Assembly: GCA_030295235.1 (NCBI GenBank)
Contig: AP026133.1
Coordinates: 620,001-684,000, forward strand
Direction of reading: 5' to 3'
DNA length: 64,000 bases
Origin: Fistulifera solaris
Taxonomy: Eukaryota
A program made the position numbers and the translations under genes. A model generated the notes under the pieces. The model had not been told where the DNA came from, did not search any database, and was given only the letters and a program-made list of their open reading frames with translations. Numbering within the stretch: position 1 is the first letter of the stretch; each line of letters starts with the position of its first letter. Of the stretch, positions 1 to 10,700 are shown piece by piece.

Positions 1-77
1 GTGACCGCACATGAATTTTTGGCCTCGCCGCAACCGAGATTCGAGCTCATAATTTTCACAAACCAAAACTTTCCACC

Positions 78-896
78 ATGCTCTTTCGATCCAGTCTCGT
101 CGCCGCCCTTTCGGCTGCTTTCCTTCAAAGCGCTGCAGCTGAAATCACGACCGATGTCGTTGGAAAAGCGGAAAGATCAAGATCTTCGACGCTGCCGGAA
201 TCCGAGAAGACCGAAACGCCATCATGATGACAATGGACTTTCTCTACGAGTTGGACGCCAACGAGAAAATTGTTGGAAAGAAAGGCTCCCAAAAACACGG
301 TACCCAAACTTTTGCCAACCAGCAGTTCACCTTTTCTGATGTCGAAGAGGTGACTTACTCCAACGTCACGGCAGATTACTTCTCCTTCGAGGCGAATGTG
401 TACGAGGCCGGTTCCATCAAGGTTGAGACGTACGTTTTCCGTGAAGATGGTGTTATCACTACTAGTGCCGAAGAAACGTTTGATGTCTTTGCAGGCGACT
501 TCAAGTTTTCCATTGAGCTCATTGATTGGAAATGGTGCGATCCCTGTGACAGCAATGAATATGGCGCCTTCGTTGATGTGGGTATCGAGTTGAAGGGAAG
601 CAAGGCCGAGCCGTCCGAGGAAGACCTCGGTGGTGGCATCCCTGTCATCTTGTCCAGCAAGATTTTGGCCGATGATGTCGTAATTGACATGCCCGCCGGA
701 TACCCTAAGGTTGTCTCCAAAGATGCCTACGACTTGGATGGAGATGGTGTCGAAGACGGTGATGGCGGTGGCAAGAAGCTCTTTATTTTCCGTTTCCCCC
801 AAAGAAGGGGGTGCCGCCCTTTACGACTATGACCCGATCATTCGTACAGGTGGGGAAACCTGCGGCATCTTCTGTCGTGCCCTTCCTTGCTTGTAA
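78..896 (+). CDS. Secreted acidic protein resembling coral skeletal aspartic acid-rich proteins (SAARP/CARP4-like)
   Basis: ATG at 78 gives signal peptide MLFRSSLVAALSAAFLQSAAA. Joined across two apparent homopolymer frameshifts (~165, ~800) to ORFs 224-832 and 684-896. Motifs YVFREDG..ETFDVFAGDFKFSIELIDWKWCD, MPAGYPKV and FRFPK..YDP resemble SAARP as I recall it. Confidence 0.7.
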
Positions 897-989
897 TGTA
901 AAAGCCCGAGGATGGATTCATAAGCGCATAACTTCAAATTACAATATTAAAAAGCAAATTACAAGCAAATACAATTTATCGATTCCACT

Positions 990-2767
990 TTAGTTATACC
1001 TTGATGCTTCGTGTAGTTCCAACTCATGGCCTGTGTTGTATTCGTTAGGGAACATATGCTGGTACTCAGACCCACCTGTCAGTCGTCTCACTCGTTCGGT
1101 CAAAATGCCAAATTTACCTTGTCGAATCACAAAAACGGATGCCACAAAACCGGCGACAAAAATCCAAAATAATTTACAAAACGACCCGCAAATTGTATTT
1201 GATGTTTCTCCGCCAGTTTGAGCAGGATATTGCTTCTTCTCCTTCGTAGGTGCAGGAACAGGCGACAGCGGATTCACGGGTGCAGCTACAGGTGAAGAGT
1301 TCGGCGAAACATTTCCCGATGGGGCAAAACCTTCTTTTCAACAAGATGAGTGTAATCGCAGTGGCTTTCTGCCCATCCTACTCGGTGGTTCTTTGTGTCA
1401 AACAAAACATCATGACCCATGATCGCGTTTGCGCCCAATAAGCTGCCACTTTGTGGAGGCTCTTCCATATTGAAGCGAGCATAATAAGCACCTGTTGCTT
1501 CACTTAGCTCCATGTAATGGGTTGGAGGAAGTGCTAAGAGCACATCGTACGGGTGTTCGGGGTCAAGGTTTCCAGCCAGACTGACAACTTTATTGGGGTC
1601 GCCGACTTCTTTATTTAGTTCAATGGCACCCTGTAATTGGAGAATGATTGTGGGCAATTTCTGAATCTGCTCGTAGGTTAGATAAACTGCTCTGTTGTTG
1701 TACGCTGACCCCGTCATGGACTTCCATACTTGCTGAAACGGTTCCGCGAGTTTGTTCGTAAGGTAAGTATCTGTAGTTCCTGACTCGATTATGACAGGGC
1801 CTTGATTAAGAGCTTCTTCCGATACATCGACTTGTATAATTTTTAAGCTGGGATCTGTCGAGTTGATAGAATCACCGCCTCCTCCTTCTCGTATATAAAC
1901 TTTTCGCAGCAGTACACCATAGCTTCGTTCCCAATCCTCATCGTGAAAGGTAAACACCATCGGAGTCAGGTGAAAACGATCGTCTGTACCACCCAATGTC
2001 ATGGCTCCTGATTCGGTGCCACTTCGGTTCACATGCGGCTGACGAGAATAACACAAGGAGAACTTTTCCTCTTCCATCATGTGCGCCTCGTACATTTGAT
2101 GCCAAAAGGATTTGTCAGAATTGTCCATTCCCAAGATACCATCCGCCAATTGCTCAACAAAGAGTCCCGTGATGGAAGTTTGACAGCCAAACAACAAATC
2201 AAAAGCAAAAGCTACCGCGTGTTCCGGATCTAAATCGTCGTGTCCGCCATCATCGATGCTAATCGGCTTATTGTGCAAGCCGCCGATGTAGCAGTGATCT
2301 AAGCTTTCTTTCGCCCGCCAGCTCGAACCCTCCACATACGAGACACCGAACTGACAAAAACACTGTTTCGAAGGATCGTCGGACGATTTTGTTCCCAGAA
2401 AACATTCATCACAACTCACTTGACGGAAAGAAATCGAGTTTTCTTCTTGAAAGTAATTGTCAACGTGATAATCGATGCCACAATCATGACAGTCGGAACA
2501 GGGAAAGGCCGTACCGGGGCCTCCGGTATTGAGGATCACCGTTTGTCGTTGCGGAGGAGTTCCGCACCATAAATCCACATAGTGCGTACCGTACCCTTGA
2601 TAGAGGGCATCCACTTGTGTCGCATGGCCTTCTTCTTCAGTCGCAGATGTTTCCCCGACTAGTCGCCGGTTCCGCTGTCGAATGGCATGTTCAGGGAACA
2701 AGGGAATGTGCACGAGGCCTAGCGCCAAGTGTAGATGAAGGACCAGGAGTATTTGTTGTTGCAACAT
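990..2767 (-). CDS. A1 (pepsin/plasmepsin V-like) aspartic protease homologue, membrane-anchored, catalytic Asp residues substituted
   Basis: Signal peptide, YGTHYVDLWCGTPPQRQTVIL-NTG, Y-EGSSW, FGCQ...ADGILG, II-ESGTT, LLGAN..GHDVLFD..RVGWAES.C. A frameshift near 1300-1330 links to a C-terminal TM segment (ORF 990-1277). Confidence 0.85.
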
Positions 2768-3557
2768 TGTGCAACGAAACGTTTCTTTGGTCAGTAGGAG
2801 ACAGGATGATACGACTTGACATGCAATGAGCAAAACTTGGAGCTCGTAATTAATTTCTCTCCACTACTTTTTCTCCTGTTCACACCGTCGTATCCTCTAT
2901 GAAAGCAAGAAACGGTATGGGTAGATAGGAGCAAGGGGTTGAGTTCCACGACGATACGAATGAAGTATGAAAAAATAATGTTTATCACGATCATCGCAAA
3001 ATCTTTTGTCACGAAAAGATCCGCGCGCACCTATCGTTGCAAGCCCTTTTGAAAAGACAATTCGCCTACTTTTCGTTTGAGTGCATGAAGTACCGGTTCA
3101 GTCTCCGTTATGGGTCAGGTTTGCCTTAGAAAATTGTTTAGACATAAGACATAACACTAGGTTTTACGCCTTGCGACGTGCGACTTCATTTCAATCACGA
3201 ATAGTATGAAACAAAGTATTTCCCCGGCTCACTCTGCTAGCTGGATATTGTTGACAGGACCATCACACTATTTGAATCCTTTCAACGACAGCAGTTGTAT
3301 CACATTCACATGTCAACTGTTGTTTTGGTAGATCACTGTAGACACCATGTGTTGGTTTACGACGTAGTGAATGCATTTCAGTCATGATCTTTTCGAGCCA
3401 AACTGCCACTTGACACTAATTATTTGACCTCGCTCATTCTGCTACCAATTAAGACTCATTGGACCATCTTTCAAATATCATTACAAGCCGAAATGCCATT
3501 TCACACATGCAAGAATCGATTAACAATTGGATGACTTTATTGGGAACACACTCTCAT

Positions 3558-4444
3558 TTACAATCGCGCTTTATAGTTAGGCGGTCGGTGTTTTCCGTTT
3601 GAACCAATTTTCAGTGACTTGGCCGCTTCTAACGTGTGTCCATTATCGAATCGTTCGTCCAGATGGACTAACTCTCTTCGACAGACTTCCTGTAACTGCT
3701 CTTTTCGGCAACCACCACGAATGAGATGTACGAAATAGGAGCTCGTGCGTGCACCCAACGGCAACGATAGAAGACTACGATCCAACTCTGAGCATAAATT
3801 TTCAGCCACGTTGTTGGTATAATCGAAGGAGGTCTTGTCATTCGGAATGTTCGGCTCGACTACTCTCGAAATAATATTGTAGTCCAAAGCCGTGGCAGCA
3901 TCAATCTTTTTCCCAGTAGCAACAATTCATTCGCTTTCGAGAGACCCATGCTTTCTCGAAATGTCACGGAGGAACACAGCTCCGGCACCAAAGCTAAACG
4001 AGTAAAGGGTGCCCAGAATGAGGCATCTTGCGATGCGTGTACCAAATCGCAGTGCATCAGAAGCGTCACGGCGATTCCCACTGCTGGACCTTGTACCGCC
4101 GCGGCAATGATTTTGGGGTAAGCGATCAGTGACATCATAAAACGACCGGCTGGTTTTTGCAACGTCCGTCGTCCTCCAGCTTCGGGGTGGAAGTTTCCGT
4201 TTTTGAGATCTGCACCGCTACTAAAGTATTCCCCCGTTCCGGTCAATACAATAGCAGCTATCGAGTCATCATCAATAGTGGCATTCATTAAATCAATCAA
4301 ATCTTCGTACATGTCATCGTTAAAAGCGTTCATGGAGCGCGGGCGGTGAAGAGCCACCATCAGAATAGATCTTTCTTTGCCACGTCGACAAACTCTGAGC
4401 ATACCCCGCCCGAAGAGGACTGATGAAATTCCAGAAGCGATCAT
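3558..4444 (-). CDS. Enoyl-CoA hydratase/isomerase (delta3,delta2-enoyl-CoA isomerase-like), probably peroxisomal
   Basis: Crotonase motifs LTGTGEYFSSGADL, AAVQGPAVGIA..LLMHCDLV, PELCSS. Frameshift at ~3910 joins ORFs 3860-4522 and 3558-3887. C-terminus -ARL is a PTS1-type signal. Confidence 0.85.
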
Positions 4445-4602
4445 GATATCTCCGAGAAGGAATAAAGCCGAAGGTGCAATTTGCAATACTAAATGCAAAG
4501 GAAGTACGGTACCGGTACCCAAATTAGGTGTTTGTCTCGTGTGCGATAGCGGTTTGAGTTTTAGGTGTGCGGTGTGCGGTGTGCGTAGCTCTTTTGTGTG
4601 TA

Positions 4603-4770
4603 CCAGGGAAGGACGTTAAAATTCTGCCTCCCTGTACAAGGTTCTACGTAGCGTCTACGAAGAGGCAGAATTTTAACGCCGTTCCCCGGGAAGGACGTTA
4701 AAATTCTGCCTCCCAGTACAAGATTCCACGTAGCATCTACGACGAGGCAGAATTTTAACGCCCTCCCAGG
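4603..4770. repeat. Tandem pair of ~81-bp hairpin units with ~25-bp inverted arms, TA-flanked (MITE-like)
   Basis: gggaaggacgttaaaattctgcctc at 4606 and 4688, each followed after a 31-bp spacer by gaggcagaattttaacgcc(g)t(t)ccc. TA at 4601-4602 and 4771-4772. Confidence 0.8.
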
Positions 4771-5787
4771 TACGTTGTAGGTGTACGTAGTGTGAAGGAC
4801 GACCTGATAAATACAAAGTAACTAGTACAGAACTCCATTGTATCGCTCCGGGTCTTGTGGCAGGATTTTCAACAGTTTCATTAATTTGACAGCGTTCTCC
4901 ATACCATGTACAAAGTAGTCGTAAGGTCCAAGAACATGCATCTTGTTCGTGCTCCACCTCGTTATCTAAAACCCTCTGCCTCACTCCATCCTAAAAACCC
5001 TAAGAATTGAGTATCTCTCTTCGCCATATTGGCTTTGATCTGTTTGTAGTAACTGTTCTATATCTTTTAACAAAGATATGCTATCCTTGGATAGCTTTTT
5101 GTTATACTATTCTTTGCGAACGGGAGGAATCCGCTGCGCTTGCGCAGTCTCCTCCACGCATGGTCTAGGCATTTCACACACCGCCCTGACTGTGCAACCC
5201 CCTCAATCCTAATCAATCCTTTCCACATCAACCCCCTTATTTATTATCCCCACTCACACCTCATGCAATGCAAACCGTTCACAGAACGAAAGTGTAATGC
5301 TTACATTATCATTAGCGTTCTATTTATGTATAATGTTTTCTGTGTAGCTCTGTTCATCGTTGCATCATTCCTAGCACCAACTTTTCCGCCATGAAAGAAG
5401 AAAACTCTATCCCAATCTTTGTGTTATGTTTTAGTAAAAGACGATTTCAGGATAGTGCCTAATGCAATAATTAAGGCGTTTCCCATGATTGCCAAATCAT
5501 ACATGAAAAACGCTTCACTGTCTTTGATTTCCTTCGATCATCTATCACGGTTATCGTTTTGGTGGACGATTCGCAGTGCGCATCTCGATCATCTGACATT
5601 TTTGCCTCGTGGTAATACAGGAATTCGTATGCAGTGGAGTATTTATGGTATCATCAAATCTTAGAGGTGATCAACCGGTATTTCAGCAAAGCATAATGAG
5701 AACATTGTGTCGTGAAATACGACCAGAAAGCAGTATGTCTGTGGTTGGTGGCTGGTCAATCGTTGGTCATTTTAGACAGCAATCGTC

Positions 5788-6540
5788 CTAGCCATACTTG
5801 GACTTCATGGCATCACTCATTTTCAACAATTGCATCCAATGATCCACCACATGTTCCCCCTTTTCCTTTAGTTCATTGACACCAGCGTACGTTAAGACTT
5901 GCCGTGAGTGTCCCGCTAACACAATCAAAGTCGGAATCTCTCGTTTGCGTGCAATTTTCAGTACCGACATTTCTTTCTTCGCGCATGTTTTAAAGTGGCG
6001 TTTGATATTCTGACGGTCCTCGGAATCGAATGGGACGGTCATCCAGTTTCGCCGAATGTATTGTTGCATCTCGGCGTCGTTGCGATCCGAAGATATGAAG
6101 ACCAACGAAAGGTCATGGACTTCTTCGGGAGCCGCATTGTCGCCATTTTGAGGAGGCAATAGTAAATCACCGAGTTTTTCGTCAATCATTTTCGTGACCG
6201 GTGTTGACATTGGACACCAGGATGCAGCGAAGTAGAGGAGGACTATTTTGGAGTTTTGTAAAGCATATTGCAGGGACGGAAATTGATCCAGAGGTTCGGC
6301 ATTCTCGTCAAGTAGGGCACTGGAATACATTTCGACAACGGTAGAGCGACTACCCAGTATCCGATGCAACACAGCGACAGTAACAGCCAATACGAAAAGA
6401 AGTCCGATCCATTTGAGACGTCGTCGGATATCGGAGCTGCGTCGTCGTTGCCGGCGTTCACCGACACGCCGTGAGGTTACTGCGCTCGCGTCTTGTGTTG
6501 TCATGGGTAAAGTAGCACGTTGATTTATTCGTTTCTGCAT
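5788..6540 (-). CDS. Membrane-anchored nucleoredoxin/tryparedoxin-like thioredoxin-fold protein (CxxS)
   Basis: N-terminal basic stretch and TM helix (WIGLLFVLAVTVAVL). LLYFAASWCPMS, LVFISSDR, W..VPF and IPTLIVL are typical of Thioredoxin_8/nucleoredoxin. Confidence 0.8.
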   Translation of the reverse strand: MQKRINQRATLPMTTQDASAVTSRRVGERRQRRRSSDIRRRLKWIGLLFVLAVTVAVLHRILGSRSTVVEMYSSALLDENAEPLDQFPSLQYALQNSKIVLLYFAASWCPMSTPVTKMIDEKLGDLLLPPQNGDNAAPEEVHDLSLVFISSDRNDAEMQQYIRRNWMTVPFDSEDRQNIKRHFKTCAKKEMSVLKIARKREIPTLIVLAGHSRQVLTYAGVNELKEKGEHVVDHWMQLLKMSDAMKSKYG

Positions 6541-7788
6541 TTTGGTAGGAGTATTGATTTGACTCGCTGCGTTTGATTCATGTTGGACGAGGGGATAAAA
6601 TAATATTGGGTCATGCGGTCATGGAAGGACGGAGCGCGCAATGCGAGGTTCGAGGTGTGAGAGCATCGTGATGTTTATTCGTACTCCGTAATTCACACTG
6701 ATATCCGACTAAAAATCGAGTCCCGATCCTAGCATTCCTTAATGAGGTCAAAGTCTACTGATCGTAAAAACAACAACATATAATTATTGCCTTTATTTTG
6801 CTCTGCATTTTTGAAAGATAGTGCTGAACAGATAGCGGTGTTTCATTCCTTTGCCATCGCCGTTCAAGAAAAAGGATCGAGCTATCGATGAACGATTTCA
6901 TCTTGAGTGGGGCGGCGGGGTTCAGAGTTCCACCTTCAAAAAGCCGCCTCATGCTGCGAGTTGCGTGTGAAGAGTGAAGAGAGGAGAGGAACTTTAAACC
7001 GGTGACTTAGGACTTAGGACTTGTAAAGAACAGGTTTCTTGACTCTGGACCGCGATCCTCAATCCGACCTTTCTTCATTGCTCACCAAAAGTTCCACAGT
7101 TCATGGTTCATGGTTGGTCGTAAAACTTACCCATTGGCCAACCAGTGATCATAATAGAACCAAAACATTCGTGAGTCATTGACCACTGATCACTTCATGG
7201 GTCTGTAGCTTTTGACTATAGAAATATTTGTGAGGATTACAGATCTCTGTGAATAGCAACTACATTCATACTAGAATGAGACCCAAAGGCCCAATCACAA
7301 TGGCTTCAAGTTGCAACGTTGCATGACCATCAGAGAACGTGAATCGAGAAATATCGAAACATTTGAGAGTTGAGAGTTCAGAATCATATTTTGTTAATAG
7401 GTAGTGTTGTAGTTTTAGTACTCCGTAGTCTGTATCATGCCTGGCGCTTGGATGCCGAAGCCATCATGCTTACTGTAAATCCACTCTATAGCCAATAGCC
7501 ACATTTACCAGTGAACTTTATGACTGTTTATTCCTAAAAACGGTAGAAGAAATCGCGTTACCAGGTACTTTACTGTACAGAACCATGATTCAGCGTCCAA
7601 GCCCACATCGAACATTTGCCCACAACTGAGCGCTAAACGCCCTTTCGCTTCCGGCTTTTGAATCTCTCACCAATATCCAGCGTCAACACTTTTATTCACT
7701 TTTTGCTAATTGGTCTTTTAGCAGAGGTGCGACTCACATCAAAGCGAAAACAAGATTCTGTTTGCCTTGCACCTCGATCGATAGGAAA

Positions 7789-10700
7789 ATGAGATTGATA
7801 ACATCAATAGTTGGAACCAGCTTCTTGCTCAATCTTGCTGCTCATGGGAGCGCAAACAGTCTTCCTCCCGAATGCCGCAATATTACAGCTCCAGCACCAG
7901 AACCGGAAGAAGAACCGTCGTGCTTCGCAGAGAACGAGATCTGCACTACGGACGAAGACGGTTGCTGCCAAGGTCTTTCTTGCAACGGATTCGGGTTCTT
8001 TAAGAAGTGCACTGAACCGCCGGTTTGTTTAACGAGATGGCAACAGTGTAACGGCGACGTCTCTTGCTGCTCTGGATTGAAGTGCGTTATCCGAGAGAGT
8101 GGAAGTATGGAATGCGACGAGGAACAAATCGGAACGCGAACCCTCGAGCTTGTCGAGGCATCGCTGGTAGCAGCTACCGCATCTCCAACTGGGGCTCCGC
8201 GAAATTCGAATCTCGTCACGACTCATCCTCCTCCTGGCGCCAAAGTCGAATTCAAGGGGGCAATCACATCCGGTGATCCGCATATTACCACTTTTGATGG
8301 CCATAAATATGATTGCCAGTAAGTAATATTCATTCTTTGCGAAGCATTTCATATACCTGACCTAACACAAGCTTTCAATCCACCAGAGCGGAGGGCGAAG
8401 TAATTTTGGCAAAGTCCTTGGTAACCAGACGTGAAGTGCAAGCCAGATACAAGCACATGTCAAACAGGAAAGCGATAAGCGTTGGAACAGGCGTTGCCAT
8501 TCAGGACGAGGGTGATACTCCGCTCATCGAGATTTCGATAGCCTCATTGCCAGAGACGGTAGGAAACAAAATGGATGACTGCACTCTGCTCTTTTTTTGT
8601 CGATAGGGTTCAGAAGGATCTGTTTCAAGGCTATGAGGATCAGAAGGTTGTTGTCAAGTTCGTCAAGTCCAGGATAACTGTTACTTACAAAGCAACAGGC
8701 ATGGAGACAACGATCAACTACACTAGGTGCCGTATGGATATCAGTCTGAAAATGCCCTTAACTGACGTCACATATGGAGTTCTTGGGACGCCAAACGGTA
8801 ACGCGGCTGATGATTGGACGACATTGTCTGGGGAAATCTTTACGCCAGTCTCGCGCGCCGATAGTATGAGGAAGGCTGGTTACGACTTTTGTGCGCAAAA
8901 TTTTTGTCTCCGAGACCCAGAGCTAAGTCTCTTTACCTACGCTGAACCTGGCATGGACTTTGACCGATACAATCGCTGCGACCTTCCGTATGGTGAGACC
9001 CTTGATCAGTTCATAACCGAAGTTCCCCAGTGGGTTGTTGATGCTTGTGGATCGGATTTGTAAGTACTTGTTATCTTGATGCCACATATTCCTTGCTTTT
9101 TCTTACACCAACTTTTCATCCAGGGCATGCATCATGGATGTGCGTAACGGAGATGTTGAAGACGCCCGTATGCTGCGACTAGCTCGCTTGGAGGTTGCTC
9201 AGATTTGCAATCCGACAGGCGGAGAATGCGATGAATCGTCATGCTGTGGCAACGTTCAATGTGTGGATTATGGTGGGAACGCAGGAAAGTTGTGTGGTGG
9301 CGACATGACGGTGAGTTACTGTCAGGCACGTTGTTTCAACTAGCTACTTCCCAGATGGACTCACTCTCATTTAAAACTTATTGCTGCAATGCAGTGCTCT
9401 CCCGAGTTTGGAAACTGTGCCAGATTAGGATGCTGCGGAGATATGACTTGCGTCGAATTAAACGACGGCAGCATGCAATGCCGCAAAGAATTAGTTTGTC
9501 AAGAGGAATGGATGAGTTGCGGATCCGATAGCGATTGCTGTGACGGAACTGTCTGTCTCAACAACACAGTCAAAGGCGTGAAACAGTGTCGCAAACTACC
9601 TACCTGCATGAAGAATCTCGATGACTGCAGCTTAGTTGGTTGCTGTGGGAGCTTGAAATGTACCACTCTTTCCAATGGCGCTAAACAGTGCATAGATCAG
9701 CCTGGATGTTGGCGAGACCAATGGAAGGATTGTTCTGTGACTCCATGCTGTGACGGCTTGCATTGTATAAGGGAGACAGATGGCCGTAACGTGTGCAAGC
9801 GACTTCCCCAGTGCGCAAAACTTGGCACAAGCTGCCAACATATCCCTTGTTGCGAAAGTAACGATGGCCCAACACAATGCATTGAAGTCACTGACTTACA
9901 TGGAAATACGGGAAAACAGTGCCGCCTTGTACCCGGTGATATTGAAGTAAAGGTATTCCATGATATGAATGGCAACGGCGTGCTCGACACTGACGAAGTG
10001 GGTGTGGAAGGTGTGAAACTCGCCATCATGGAAGAAATCAACCAACACGGTGTTCAGAGAATTAAGATTACAGATGATCGTACTACCAATGCCGATGGAA
10101 TTGTTACTTTTCAATCAATGCCCAAGGGGAAAAATCTCAGAGTTGTTGTTGTAGAAGCCCCCGTGGAGCAATTCCTACCGCAAAGACACCATCTGGGGCG
10201 GACAGAAAAATTGACTCCAATCTTCGCAGTGACGGAATGTCAGACATCTTCAAGCAAGTAGGTACAAAATACACTGACACCATGTTGGGATATAGACTTC
10301 CTCGTGATGTTGAGGTTCGTGTTTTCAATGACGCAAATGCCAATGGTATCCAAGACGAAGGAGAAGTTGGCATTAAAGGCGTCCATCTTCGATTGGTTCA
10401 GTCCAATTACTCAGATATCGCCAATGTCGGAGGGAATGCTCATGAGGAACATGTAACTGACGAAAATGGATTCGTTCGATTTCAGAGTGTGCCCCAGAAC
10501 GTGCACATGCGTGTGCAAGTTACCAAAAAGCCCGACGGAGCAATCCCAACGCATAAAGACAGAGGCGACAAGCACCAGGATTCTGATTTGAATACAAACG
10601 GATACACCGATACTTTCTCCGTCGGAGCTGGCTCTGGTGTCTATGCAGAGGTAAGAGAAGAGATTCAGCAGCGGTAACCCCAATCACGAGCACTTCCTAA

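Noticed and set aside
125..802. Long antisense ORFs (125-802, 14099-14488, 56265-56897 and similar)
   Set aside because: They are shadows of well-supported genes on the opposite strand and carry no motifs.
4603..4770. CRISPR-like repeat-spacer array
   Set aside because: Only two units, arms are inverted, spacers resemble each other, context is eukaryotic and no cas genes are present.
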